A stretch of DNA of 64,000 bases from an uncultured Alphaproteobacteria bacterium (lineage in GTDB: Bacteria; Pseudomonadota; Alphaproteobacteria; Sphingomonadales; Sphingomonadaceae): positions 420,500-484,499 of the forward strand of contig CAWKEE010000002.1 of the NCBI GenBank assembly GCA_963848555.1. The letters are read 5' to 3'. A program made the position numbers and the translations under genes. Numbering within the stretch: position 1 is the first letter of the stretch; the number at the start of each line of letters is the position of its first letter. A model generated the notes under the pieces. It ran no database searches. It worked only from the letters and a program-made list of their open reading frames with translations, and was not told where the DNA came from. This document shows positions 19,216-30,372 of the stretch, in pieces.

Positions 19216-20223
19216 TCAGACGGCCGCGTCGGTCTGCCCGGCTCCGCTTCGGGAAGCTTGGCCCTGGCCCCTCTCGTCGTCGGAAGCCGGAAACCACCTG
19301 AAATGGACGCCATGGCCTTTCAGGAAGGGCTGCTTGAGCTTGACGGTACGGCTGCGCGGGCTCTGTTCGGGCACCAGCGTGCTCAGTTCGGGATGCATGG
19401 CGCTGACGGCAAATATGAGGTCGCGGACCGGCGACTCCCATGTCAGGCACAGCTCGATGTCGGTGGACGGGATCGTCGAGGACCAGACGCCCGTATCGTG
19501 GTCGTGTTTCACCACATAGTGAACGGCTTCGACGTCGGCTTTCCCCAAATATTCGAGGGGAAGGGGCTTCTTAAGCTCGTATAGTTGTCCCCGTGTCTCC
19601 GGCTCGTCGACACGTTCGATCTCGTCGACCGGCACCTCTTTGCCGTTGATCCTGAGTTCGTGCAGCCCCAGCTGCGCGTCCCATTCCGTGTTTCCGGTTT
19701 GCAATGGTTTGATGTCGACCCGCCATTTCAGTGGGAACTCACTTATGTCATCTTTCGTGCAGACGTTCACGACGCGGTAGCGGATCGATTGGCGGACCAG
19801 GAGGTCTTCGCCGCTCTGCTTTTCGAATGCGTAGCAGACGACGACATTGCTTCGATAGAATCTCTGCTTCAGGACATATTCTTCGATCTTGTCGAAAAAC
19901 GAACTCGTCGGGCGCACGCCATAGAGAAGGCCGATCGCGGTCTTGCAATGATGCTGTGCCGACCATTCCTCGATCATCCAGAAGACGACGACCGCAATCA
20001 AAATGGCGAAGCCGAGCTCGCTCGATAACAGGCCGAAGAACTTGTCGGACATGTCGTGTGTGAGTTCATAGCGATCGAGCAGATAGATGCCGAAGCTAAT
20101 GAGGCCGATGCCGGCAATCAGGTAAAGCTTCCAGCGCCAGATGGCCGTGAAAACGTGCTTGATCCATTTGCCGAGGGCTTTGAGTATCCAATGTCGTTTA
20201 GGTTTGTCGCCTGCCGTAGCCAT
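19216..20223 (-). CDS. Hypothetical protein, two N-terminal TM helices plus beta-rich domain
   Basis: 335-aa ORF with lower GC; hydrophobic segments LYLIAGIGLISFGIYLL and LGFAILIAVVVFWMI. Confidence 0.7.
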   Translation of the reverse strand: MATAGDKPKRHWILKALGKWIKHVFTAIWRWKLYLIAGIGLISFGIYLLDRYELTHDMSDKFFGLLSSELGFAILIAVVVFWMIEEWSAQHHCKTAIGLLYGVRPTSSFFDKIEEYVLKQRFYRSNVVVCYAFEKQSGEDLLVRQSIRYRVVNVCTKDDISEFPLKWRVDIKPLQTGNTEWDAQLGLHELRINGKEVPVDEIERVDEPETRGQLYELKKPLPLEYLGKADVEAVHYVVKHDHDTGVWSSTIPSTDIELCLTWESPVRDLIFAVSAMHPELSTLVPEQSPRSRTVKLKQPFLKGHGVHFRWFPASDDERGQGQASRSGAGQTDAAV

Positions 20224-20459
20224 GCCGCCTCTCCTGTGGCCGTCTTCAGCATAGCGCGGTCCAACGGGTCCGGTCGCTGCATTTTACGTCCATTTCAGAG
20301 CTGATCGCCCGGACCTTGCGCTCTGCCGAGCGTTGGAGGCCGGCGGATTTGGCGGGGCCGGCCGCTCATGGGCGGCGCCGCGGACGACGCTTGGAACGCG
20401 CGGGCTATCCCCCTATCTTCGAGTCGCGCGGCACCTGGCCGCAGTGAGGGAGTATCGCC

Positions 20460-20723
20460 ATGGCCGGTGGTTGGGCGCGCGACGGCGCCGTCCAGGATCA
20501 GATCGACGACACCGTCGCCGACGCGGTGAAGCTCGCCCGCGCGCGCCTTCCCGCCGGCGACAGCGCGACCCATTGCGAGGAATGCGGCGAGCCGATTCCC
20601 GCCGCCCGCCGCCGAGCCTTGCCGGGGACGCGGACCTGCGTGGCCTGCCAGGCCGAGCGCGACGCCCGCCGGCCGAGCGCCGGCATCAACCGCCGCGGCA
20701 GCAAGGACAGCCAGCTGCGCTAG
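20460..20723 (+). CDS. DksA/TraR family C4 zinc finger protein (YbiI-like)
   Basis: MAGGWARDGAVQDQI, CEECG...RR...CVAC. Confidence 0.9.
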   Translation: MAGGWARDGAVQDQIDDTVADAVKLARARLPAGDSATHCEECGEPIPAARRRALPGTRTCVACQAERDARRPSAGINRRGSKDSQLR

Positions 20724-20748
20724 GCCGACCACAAGCGAGGAATCTCCC

Positions 20749-21132
20749 ATGCCCACCGGATCCTGCCTGTGCGGCGCCGTCAGCTTCGAGGTGAGCGGTC
20801 CGCTCAAGGCGCCCGATGCCTGCCATTGCTCGCAATGCCGGCGGCAGTCGGGCCATTACTGGGCGTCGACCGATGTGCGCCGCGACGCGCTGACCATCAG
20901 CGGCGAAGAAAGGATCAGCTGGTACCGGTCCTCGGAGAAGGTACGGCGCGGTTTCTGCTCGGCTTGCGGATCGGTGCTGTTCTGGGATCCGGACGGCCGC
21001 GACCGCATCGCGGTCGCCATGGGTGCGTTCGACGCGCCGACCGGCACCCGCCTCGAAAAGCACATCTTCACCGCCGCCAAGGGCGATTATTACGACATCG
21101 CCGACGGCCTGCCGCAGGAGCCGGGCTGGTGA
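20749..21132 (+). CDS. GFA/CENP-V family protein
   Basis: GSCLCGAV, CHCSQCRR, RGFCSACGS. Confidence 0.9.
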   Translation: MPTGSCLCGAVSFEVSGPLKAPDACHCSQCRRQSGHYWASTDVRRDALTISGEERISWYRSSEKVRRGFCSACGSVLFWDPDGRDRIAVAMGAFDAPTGTRLEKHIFTAAKGDYYDIADGLPQEPGW

Positions 21133-21166
21133 TGGCGCCCGCCGGCTGCCGCGTTGAGGGAGCGTC

Positions 21167-22021
21167 ATGACTCTCATGCCCGCCTTGTTCATCGGTCACG
21201 GCAGCCCGATGAACACGCTCGAGGAGAATGGCTATACGCGGGCCTGGCGCCGCCTCGGCGAGCAGCTGCCGCGGCCGCGGGCGCTGCTGGTCGTTTCCGC
21301 CCACTGGTATATCGGCGCCACCGCGGTGACCGCGATGGCGCGGCCGCGCACCATCCACGATTTCTACGGCTTCCCGCCCGAGCTGTTCGCCTTCGACTAT
21401 CCGGCGCCGGGCGCGCCCGACCTGGCCGGCGAAGTGGTCGAGATCGTCAAGCCGCGCTGGGTCGGCCTCGACCGCGACCAGTGGGGCCTCGATCACGGCA
21501 CCTGGAGCGTGCTCGCCCATCTCTATCCGCGCGCCGACATGCCGGTCGTCCAGCTTTCGATCAACGCGCTGAAGCCGCTCGATTATCATCTCGACCTCGC
21601 CGCGCGGCTGGCGCCGCTGCGCGAGCGCGGCGTGATGATCGTCGGCAGCGGCAACGTCGTCCACAATCTCGCCCGGATCCGGTGGGACCGGCCGGACGGT
21701 GCATTCGACTGGGCGGAGCGGTTCGACGAGGCGGTGGCCGCCCGGCTCGCCGAAGCGCCGGGCGACATTTTGAAGGTCGCGGAACATCCCGATTATCCGG
21801 CGGCGGTGCCGACCCCGGACCATTTCATCCCTTTGCTCTACCTCGCCGGGCTGGCCGCCGGCGACGGCAAGGCCGACGCGCTGGTTCGCGGCCACGCGCT
21901 CGGGTCGATCTCGATGAGCTGCTACGGCGTCGGCGTCGGCGCCGACGTCCGGCTCGAGGCCGAGCCGACCGGCGCGGCGACGCTTCCGGCAGGCGTCCCG
22001 CCGGACCAGACCAATATGTAG
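21167..22021 (+). CDS. 4,5-DOPA extradiol dioxygenase (LigB/YgiD family)
   Basis: [45 protein letters not shown]. Confidence 0.9.
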   Translation: MTLMPALFIGHGSPMNTLEENGYTRAWRRLGEQLPRPRALLVVSAHWYIGATAVTAMARPRTIHDFYGFPPELFAFDYPAPGAPDLAGEVVEIVKPRWVGLDRDQWGLDHGTWSVLAHLYPRADMPVVQLSINALKPLDYHLDLAARLAPLRERGVMIVGSGNVVHNLARIRWDRPDGAFDWAERFDEAVAARLAEAPGDILKVAEHPDYPAAVPTPDHFIPLLYLAGLAAGDGKADALVRGHALGSISMSCYGVGVGADVRLEAEPTGAATLPAGVPPDQTNM

Positions 22022-22061
22022 GGGGCGGGACCGCTCCGCCGTCCCGATGTACCAGCTCTGT

Positions 22062-22490
22062 CTAGGGCGACACGTCCGCGCGGCGGGCCGTCCATCTGTC
22101 CCCGGGCTTGCTGACATAATGGGCAAACACATAGCCCCAGGGCATGACGATCAGGTCGGCGGCGACGCCGATCGCCATCGCCCGGGTGAACCCTGCCGTC
22201 TCCGCGTCGAACGGGGCGCCGGCCCGCCACAGCGGCAGCGCCACCGCCAGCAGCCAGATCGTCTTGTAGACCAGCTGCACGAAGATCAGCGGCACCATCT
22301 GGAGCGGGTAGCGCAGCCCGACCGCCGCCAGCAGCGCCAGCGCGCCCCAGAAGCTGAAAGCCACCGCGTCCAGCGGATCGAGCGGCGTCGGGCGGGTCAG
22401 CGCCGGCAGCGCCATCGAACCCACGCCGAGCAGGATCAGCAGGTAAAAGGCGCGCATCAGATACAATCTCAGCAGCGATACCTCGCTCAT
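22062..22490 (-). CDS. Hypothetical four-helix membrane protein
   Basis: 142-aa hydrophobic ORF with GGAGG RBS-like sequence. Confidence 0.7.
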   Translation of the reverse strand: MSEVSLLRLYLMRAFYLLILLGVGSMALPALTRPTPLDPLDAVAFSFWGALALLAAVGLRYPLQMVPLIFVQLVYKTIWLLAVALPLWRAGAPFDAETAGFTRAMAIGVAADLIVMPWGYVFAHYVSKPGDRWTARRADVSP

Positions 22491-22802
22491 TCCCGCCTCC
22501 TTTGCTCAAGTGGGAAAGTCGCCGGTGACGGCGCGGTGCGAGGCCGCACGACCGTCCGGAATCCCCTAGCCCGTTTCCCACTTGATGGCGCGCCTGGATC
22601 GCCCGCGCACATGATCCTGCAGCCCAAATCATGATCGCACGTTCCACGACCCGGAGCGCAGCCGGGATCGGGCCGCCGGCCGATGCCGGAAGAATGGCGG
22701 CGCGGCCCGGCCGATCGACGAGGCCGCCGGGGCTTGAACCACGCCGCATATCCTCCGATGTAGCGCATGCTGACCACCCCATTTGCAGGACCCGTCCCCA
22801 TC

Positions 22803-23447
22803 ATGGACCATGAAGACCTCATCGCCGGGCTCGTCCCGATCGTCATCGAGCAGTCGAACCGCGGCGAGCGCAGCTTCGACATCTATTCGCGGCTGCTGCG
22901 CGAGCGGATCGTGTTCGTCACCGGCGCGGTCGAGGACCATATGGCCTCGCTAATCACCGCCCAGCTCCTCTACCTGGAGAGCGAGAACCCCAAGAAGGAC
23001 GTCTACATGTACATCAACTCGCCGGGCGGGGTGGTGACGGCGGGCATGGCGATCCACGACACGATGCAATATATCCGCCCCAAGGTCGGCACGGTGTGCA
23101 TCGGCCAGGCCGCCTCGATGGGCGCCTTCCTGCTCGGCGCCGGCGAGAAGGGGATGCGGGTCGCTTTGTCCAACGCCCGGATCATGATCCACCAGCCCTC
23201 CGGCGGAGCCCAGGGCATGGCGTCCGACATCGAGATCCAGGCCAAGGAGATATTGCGCATCCGCCACCGGATGAACGAGCTGATGGCCGAGTTCACCGGC
23301 CAGCCGATCGAGGAGATCGAGAAAGCGGTCGAGCGCGACAAATTCTTCTCGGCCCACGAGGCGAAGGATTTCGGCCTGGTCGACGAAGTTTTCGACAAGC
23401 GGCCGATGCCGAGCGAGGGCGACGAGTCGGCGGTGAGGGCGGCCTGA
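22803..23447 (+). CDS. clpP: ATP-dependent Clp protease proteolytic subunit
   Basis: [34 protein letters not shown]; start placed at the second Met. Confidence 0.97.
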   Translation: MDHEDLIAGLVPIVIEQSNRGERSFDIYSRLLRERIVFVTGAVEDHMASLITAQLLYLESENPKKDVYMYINSPGGVVTAGMAIHDTMQYIRPKVGTVCIGQAASMGAFLLGAGEKGMRVALSNARIMIHQPSGGAQGMASDIEIQAKEILRIRHRMNELMAEFTGQPIEEIEKAVERDKFFSAHEAKDFGLVDEVFDKRPMPSEGDESAVRAA

Positions 23448-23692
23448 GGCATCGCCGGCTTACCGGCGCCTGCGCGAACATAAGAGCCCGATTCTGCGGT
23501 TCAGGCCGCCTTGCCTGCGTCCGGCAGGGGGTTGTCGGGCGGATGCGGCGGCGCCACATGGCAGGGCTGCTGCGCCGTTGGGGACGCCCGCGGAATCGGC
23601 TTAACGATTAGGCCATTGTGATTGTGCTAATTTGCCGTCAGGATGCCGGCGAAAGGTAAGGCGGGACCCGGCACCGGGCCCGAAGGAAGATT

Positions 23693-24945
<1,253 letters not shown>

Positions 24946-24949
<4 letters not shown>

Positions 24950-25581
24950 GCCGGCGCGGCTTCGCGGCGGCCGCCCTCCTGTTTTCCGCCCTCGCTGCGC
25001 CGGCCCGCCCGGCAGCCGCCACCGCCGACGGCATCGTGTCGATCGATCGCAACGATTTTCCCGAGGGCATTGCCGTGAACGGCGCGATCTTCGACGTCGT
25101 GGTTCGCTACGAACGGGCCGACGATAGCGGCGTCGCGGCGTGCCGGGTGACCCGGTCGAGCCGGGAGCCGCTGATCGACCAGGCGAGCTGCGACATCATG
25201 CGCCAGCGGGCGATGCCGGCCTGGAGCGCCTCGCGAAGCGGCCGGATGCGGTTCCTGTGGTGGAGCGGCGACCCGACGTCGGAAAATCCGCGTGGCGCCC
25301 CGCTGGCGATTTCGAACACTCTGTGGGTTTCCCCCGGCGATTATCCCGAGGCCGCGCTGAGGCACCGCCGGCAAGGCACGGTCACCTACCAGGCGCGCGT
25401 TGCCGTCACCGGGAGCGTCCTCGACTGCGTCGTTACCGGCTCCAGCGGGACGGAGGATCTCGACCGCAGAACGTGCGAGGTGGTCTCGCAACGGGGGCGC
25501 TTCATTCCGGCCGCGGACGGCAGGGGAGGCCGCACGGAAGGCGTCTTTCGGAGCAGCATCAGCTGGGTGATCGCGGACTAG
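24946..25581 (+). CDS. TonB C-terminal domain protein (two tandem domains)
   Basis: Signal-like N-terminus, DYPEAALR...QGTV...SSG...LDRRTC; an earlier degenerate copy of the same pattern. Confidence 0.7.
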
Positions 25582-25653
25582 TGTGGCGATTCGGAAATTC
25601 GCCTTATCTTATGGCTGCGCCGGAGCGAATTTCCAAATCTTCAGCCACACTAG
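25578..25653. mobile_element. CTAG-bounded palindromic MITE-like element, unit 1
   Basis: Termini CTAGTGTGGC/GCCACACTAG and inner arms GAAATTCGC/GCGAATTTC; 76 bp. Confidence 0.55.
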
Positions 25654-25666
25654 CAACCATATGAAA

Positions 25667-25743
25667 CTAGTGTGCTTTTTGGATTTGAAGTTCGCTCCGG
25701 GCGTGATCCGATAAGCAGGCGAACTTCAAATCCAGCACACTAG
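25667..25743. mobile_element. CTAG-bounded palindromic MITE-like element, unit 2 (inverted relative to unit 1)
   Basis: Termini CTAGTGTGCT/AGCACACTAG and inner arms GGATTTGAAGTTCGC/GCGAACTTCAAATCC; 77 bp. Confidence 0.55.
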
Positions 25744-25761
25744 TCGTCGCCGGTGGCCCGA

Positions 25762-28700
25762 TCATTGCGGCGACGCGGCCGCTGCTGCCGGTGACGCCAG
25801 CCGCAGCCCGCGGCGGTCGAATTCGGAATCGATGTAGAAGAGATAGCGCCGCGCGGCGGCGATGTCGCTGGTCGCGCCGTCGCCTTGCGCCAGGCGCTGC
25901 CGCGCCAGGCCCCGCCCGTAGAGCGCGTCCGGGTTCCTCGGCTGGACCTCGAGCAGCGCGGTGAAATCGCGCTCGGCGTCGGCCCACCGCTCCATCCGCA
26001 GAAAAGCGAGGCCGCGGGCGAACAAGGCCTCCTCATGACCGGGTTCCACTTCCAGCGCCTCGTTGCAGTCGGCCAGAGCGCGCCGCAGATCGACATTGGC
26101 TTCGGCGCGGGCCTGGCAGCGCAAGGCGAGCATCCGCGTATTGCCGGCGAAGCGCCGCAGCTGGGCATCGACGAGGGCGACCAACTCGGCCGGGCGGCCG
26201 AGGCGGGCGAGCAGCAGGACACGCATCCGCAGGTGGCTGGCGGCCTCATCCGGCGCGCTCGCCGCCAGCCAGGATTCGAGCTGGAGCAGGCCGGCGCGAT
26301 AGGAATCCGCAGCCTCCGCCGGCCGGCCGACCTGGTCGAGCACCTCGCCGCGGCCGACCGGAAGCCCGAAATTCTGCGGCTCGGCGGCGACGGCGGCGTC
26401 GGCCGCGGCAAGCGCTTCGGCTTCGCGGCCCAGCAACGCCAGCGCCCGCGCCCGATCCATGTGCCGGGCGCCGGAGCTGCCGGGATTGACCTCGGCGGCC
26501 CTCGTCAGGTCGGCGAGCATCGGCTCGAGCCGGCCGAGCCGCTGATAGGCGTCGGCGCGCAGGCCCAAAGTGAAGCCATTGTCCGGGTCCAGCTCCAGCG
26601 ACCGGCTCAGCGAGCGTGTCGCGTCCTCCGGCCGGTCCTGCTGGAGGTGAAGATAACCATAGCCCTGGTGGACGACAAAATCCTCCTGGTCCCGGCGCAT
26701 CGCCACCGCCAGCGCCGCTTCCGCCTCGTCGAGCCGGCCGAGGTGGATGAGCGCGATGGCGCGGTTGGCATGGGCGCGGGCCCAGTCCGGCGCCAGCGCG
26801 ATCGCGCGGTCGAAATCGTCCAGCCCGTCGCGCACCTGCCCCGCGCCCATCTTCTCGTAGCCGGACTGGACCAGGTCCTGCGCCGTCCCGCCGCCGTCCC
26901 GGCTGCGTTCCTCGGGGCCGGTCCGGAACGCCATCCCGCTCGGCGCGCGGAGGAATGCCTCATCGTCTTCGAGCGACCGGATCGTCGGCAGGCTCGCGCG
27001 AGCGTCCCTGGCCGCGACCTCGCGCTCGAACCGCTGGAAGACGGACCGTGCCGTCGCCCGGTTGCCGGTGAGGGTCAGCTGCCGGCTGATCCGGGTGCCG
27101 GCGACATCGCGCTCGAAGCTGCTGCCGTCGAGCGCGAAGCCGCGGCCTTCATTGGGCAGGATGATCGTTTCGGTCGCCGCGAAATAGGCCGGCACCGGAA
27201 AGGCGAAGGGAGCGTCCTCGAACGGACCTTCCGGGCGATCGAGGTCGACCGGCCAGGTGATCGTCGCATTGCTGAACCGGAACCGGTAGGCGGCGGCGCC
27301 GGGCTCGATCCGCCAGGGCATGCGCGTGGCGCCCGAGATGACGACCGTCACGGTGCCGCCGGCGTCGTCGTCGCGCAGGTCGACGGCCTCGACCTCCTCG
27401 TCGTCGCCGGGAAGCTCGAAGTCCGATTCGCGTAAGCGACGGAAGAATTCGTCCCGCCCGATTTGCGAGATGCCGGCGCGCATCGTGGTCGCGGCGTCGC
27501 CGCGGAAGACGCGTTCGAGCCTGAAGGGGATCGGCGCATCGAATCCGCCGGAGGCGTCATAGACGACATTCTCCTCGGCGATCGGCAGCGAGGGCGGCGC
27601 ATAGGGAAGCGCCTCGAGCTGCGCGCCGGCGGCGCGTACCGGCAATCCCCAGCCGAGCGGCGAGGAGGCGAGGTCGTCGAGATTGCGATCGCCGCTGCGC
27701 GTGCCGTCCAGCCAGTATGAGCGGCCGCCGATGCGGGCGCGAACGACGACATGATCGAACAGCCCCAGCTGCGGGAGGCGCTCGTCGAGGCTGTCGCCGA
27801 CCGCCGAATTGACGAGCACCGGCTCGGCCTCGATGCCGAGGCCGCGCAGCAGCGCGAGCAAGGTCGCCGTCTTGCCCTTGCAGTCGCCGTAGCGGCGCGT
27901 CCAGGTCTCGTCGGCGGTCGCGGGCACGAAATTGCCGTCGCCGATGGCCAGCGCGAGATAGCGTATCTCGTCCTGGACCAGCCTCAGGGCCGCCATGGCG
28001 CGGGCGCGCGGATCGGCGGTCGTCGCGGCGATCCGTTCGATACGCGCGAGCAGCGGGGAGGCGGGCTGCAGCGCCTGCGCGCGCTCGTAGAGCGGCGCCA
28101 TCAGGGTGCTGATCTCCGAAAAGTCGCGGAATTCGGTGACCTGCAAAGTGACCGGCAAAGCGTAGCGCGCCGGCGCGTTCGCCGGCGGCTGCGGGCCCTC
28201 GGCATCCATCACGTCGAGAACCAGCTCGGTGCCGAGCGCGGTGCGGCGGGTTCGCGCGCGTTCCATCATGCCGGTCCCGCGCCACCGCATCGGCCTGGTC
28301 TCGGGCCAGATCTGGCGGACGTGGAGGCGGCGGACCGGCGCCCCGTGCATCGCCGCGAAGAAATTCTCGCCGCGAAGCGGCAAGGCGCCGGCCCGAAGGC
28401 GCGCGGTGAAGGCGATGTTGAGGATGTCGCCGATCATCAGCCCGTCCGCCTGCATCACCGCGGTGAGGACGCCGTCGAGCACGGCCAATTCGAGATTGTT
28501 CTCCCGCCGCAGCACGGTGAAATCCTGTCCGCCCGCAAGCAGGTCGATGATCGCGCCGTTGCGGATGATCTGGACCTTGTGGACGATCAGGTCGCTGTGG
28601 TCGGGCTGCCAGGGCAGGGATATGTTGCCGAGCCCCTGAAGCCCCTGCATGTTCTGAACGAGGAAGGCGAGCTCCGCATAATGGTCGTGATGGTCGCTGC

Positions 28701-28884
28701 CGTAGAGGCTCTGGCTGCTGACCAGCAGATTCTGGACGGGCCGGTCGCTCAGCGCCGGATTGGGGGCCGGCAGCTCGACGCGCTCCACCCAGTCCCAGGT
28801 CGGCTGGCGGATCGGCTCGGGCGCGGCCCGGGCCGGCCCCCCCAGCCAGATCAAGGCGATGATCGCGATCAGCAGCCGCACCAA
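25762..28884 (-). CDS. DUF3857 / transglutaminase-like / TPR repeat protein
   Basis: Signal peptide, RYGDCKGK transglutaminase-like motif followed by FDHVVV and WLDGT, many C-terminal TPR repeats. Confidence 0.85.
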   Translation of the reverse strand: MVRLLIAIIALIWLGGPARAAPEPIRQPTWDWVERVELPAPNPALSDRPVQNLLVSSQSLYGSDHHDHYAELAFLVQNMQGLQGLGNISLPWQPDHSDLIVHKVQIIRNGAIIDLLAGGQDFTVLRRENNLELAVLDGVLTAVMQADGLMIGDILNIAFTARLRAGALPLRGENFFAAMHGAPVRRLHVRQIWPETRPMRWRGTGMMERARTRRTALGTELVLDVMDAEGPQPPANAPARYALPVTLQVTEFRDFSEISTLMAPLYERAQALQPASPLLARIERIAATTADPRARAMAALRLVQDEIRYLALAIGDGNFVPATADETWTRRYGDCKGKTATLLALLRGLGIEAEPVLVNSAVGDSLDERLPQLGLFDHVVVRARIGGRSYWLDGTRSGDRNLDDLASSPLGWGLPVRAAGAQLEALPYAPPSLPIAEENVVYDASGGFDAPIPFRLERVFRGDAATTMRAGISQIGRDEFFRRLRESDFELPGDDEEVEAVDLRDDDAGGTVTVVISGATRMPWRIEPGAAAYRFRFSNATITWPVDLDRPEGPFEDAPFAFPVPAYFAATETIILPNEGRGFALDGSSFERDVAGTRISRQLTLTGNRATARSVFQRFEREVAARDARASLPTIRSLEDDEAFLRAPSGMAFRTGPEERSRDGGGTAQDLVQSGYEKMGAGQVRDGLDDFDRAIALAPDWARAHANRAIALIHLGRLDEAEAALAVAMRRDQEDFVVHQGYGYLHLQQDRPEDATRSLSRSLELDPDNGFTLGLRADAYQRLGRLEPMLADLTRAAEVNPGSSGARHMDRARALALLGREAEALAAADAAVAAEPQNFGLPVGRGEVLDQVGRPAEAADSYRAGLLQLESWLAASAPDEAASHLRMRVLLLARLGRPAELVALVDAQLRRFAGNTRMLALRCQARAEANVDLRRALADCNEALEVEPGHEEALFARGLAFLRMERWADAERDFTALLEVQPRNPDALYGRGLARQRLAQGDGATSDIAAARRYLFYIDSEFDRRGLRLASPAAAAASPQ

Positions 28885-28984
28885 TTGCCCCCCTTCGGCA
28901 TGCGCGACAGGTTGCGACGAAAATCCCTCAAACTCAAGCTATTGCGTCAACAAAGCGGGGCTGTCGGGCCGGCCGCGGCGGGGA

Positions 28985-29704
28985 CTAACCGTTGACGACG
29001 TTGTAGCGGCGGACTTCCTCCTGGGTCAGGCAGCGCCGGGTCGAGCGGTTGCGCCCGTCGGACACCGCCCGCTGCTGGTACATGATTTCGGTCAGCAGCA
29101 GGCGCGAGACGCCCATCCGGATCAGGAAATCATTGTCCTCGCTGGCGAGCAGCGCCGATTGCTGCTCGATCTCGCCGATCAGCCCGATCGTATTCTCCTC
29201 GCCGCGCGCGACCTCGGAGCGGATCGTCTCGCGATCTCCGGTATGGGTGAACATGTGGACGATGAACTGGCCGCCCGGATCCACGAACCGCGCCACGCCG
29301 CCCATGAACATGAAGTTGCACGCCGAAAAGCAGGCCCAGCCGCTCGGGATGCGAGTGATCATCATGTTCTGGCGGATGATGCGCCCGGCCTCGTTGCCGA
29401 CCCGGGCATTGCCGCCGGGCGAACGGAACCAGATCTCGCCTATGTCCTGATGCTCGCGCAGCGCCGCTTCCAGCCGCGGCACGACGTCGTCGTCGATCAT
29501 TCCCTCGGCCAGCAGCACCTTGCGACCGTCCACCTCCTGCGGCGTGAACCGCATTTCGCGATGGCTGGACCAGTTGGGATTGAGCGGGCAGGTGGGATTG
29601 TTCGGATCGGCCTGCGCCTGCGCGGCCGCCGCTTCGGCGGTCAGCAGCGCCGCGATCGCGGCCGCCGACGCGAACAGGCGGCGCAGCCGGTCAGACGCGG
29701 GCAT
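28985..29704 (-). CDS. Secreted ClpP/crotonase-fold protein (COG3904-like)
   Basis: Signal peptide, FRSPGG, ACFSAC, FIVHMF. Confidence 0.6.
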   Translation of the reverse strand: MPASDRLRRLFASAAAIAALLTAEAAAAQAQADPNNPTCPLNPNWSSHREMRFTPQEVDGRKVLLAEGMIDDDVVPRLEAALREHQDIGEIWFRSPGGNARVGNEAGRIIRQNMMITRIPSGWACFSACNFMFMGGVARFVDPGGQFIVHMFTHTGDRETIRSEVARGEENTIGLIGEIEQQSALLASEDNDFLIRMGVSRLLLTEIMYQQRAVSDGRNRSTRRCLTQEEVRRYNVVNG

Positions 29705-30206
29705 AGCGGGCCGCGCCCGGCGACCGGCACATCCGTTTCGGCGCGCGGGTCTCTTCGCCCTCGACGATGACGATGTCGGTGACGGTCATGCAATGGGTGC
29801 CGTCGGCCAGCGTCTCCTCGCCGGTCGCGGCCGACGAGCCGGAGACGCCCTGGCGGGTTTCGCTGTTCCAGCCGGCGGTGGTGCCGACGCCGCCGCGCAC
29901 CGCCTGATTGCTGGCCTCGACCGCCTGCTGCTGCTCGCGGCAATCGAGCAGGCTGGCGATCGTTTCGCCGAGTACCGAGCCGACCGGAATCACCGAGGTG
30001 ACCGTACCGACCGGGCCACCGATGAGGCCGCCGGCGATGCCGCCGAGCACGCCGCCAATGCCGCGGCCGCGTCGCCGTCGGCGCTCGCCCTGCTGGTCGC
30101 AAGTCTCGCCCGTCCGCGATTGCGCTTCCGCCGCGGCCATGACCGGAAGGGGGAGGGCGACCGGCGCCAGCACCAGTGGAAGGGCAAGGAACGCGGCACG
30201 AAACAT
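29691..30206 (-). CDS. Secreted glycine-zipper / 17-kDa surface antigen-like protein
   Basis: Signal peptide, GGVLGGIAGGLIGG, LDCREQQQA, W-N-ET-G-SG, C-terminal Cys pair. Confidence 0.7.
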   Translation of the reverse strand: MFRAAFLALPLVLAPVALPLPVMAAAEAQSRTGETCDQQGERRRRRGRGIGGVLGGIAGGLIGGPVGTVTSVIPVGSVLGETIASLLDCREQQQAVEASNQAVRGGVGTTAGWNSETRQGVSGSSAATGEETLADGTHCMTVTDIVIVEGEETRAPKRMCRSPGAARYARV

Positions 30207-30304
30207 CGGACAAACTCCCCGGTTTGAAGGCTTTATTTCCTAAACGTCGCTTCGCGGAGGGTCAATTGCAGAGCAACGCTTACGCTTGCGTGAATGGCGT
30301 CTCA

Positions 30305-30332
30305 TTGATGCGGCGCGCCATCTGTCCCATAT
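30305..30332 (+). promoter_or_regulatory. Candidate RpoH (sigma32) promoter of lon
   Basis: TTGA-N17-CCCATAT about 40 nt before the lon ATG; lon is an established heat-shock gene. Confidence 0.45.
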
Positions 30333-30372
30333 AGAATGCAAGCCGGCGCGAAGGCCGGCCTGTGGAGTTTCC

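Noticed and set aside
20460-22490. ybiI-like, GFA, DOPA dioxygenase and membrane genes as a novel pathway
   Set aside because: These are common, loosely linked families with no coherent shared chemistry that I can support.
23600-23640. CtrA-like TTAA sites upstream of clpX (also near 60860)
   Set aside because: Only half-site or multi-mismatch matches.
25578-25743. Repeat-spacer-repeat appearance suggesting a CRISPR array
   Set aside because: Only two long palindromic units in opposite orientation with a 13-bp gap; no cas genes.
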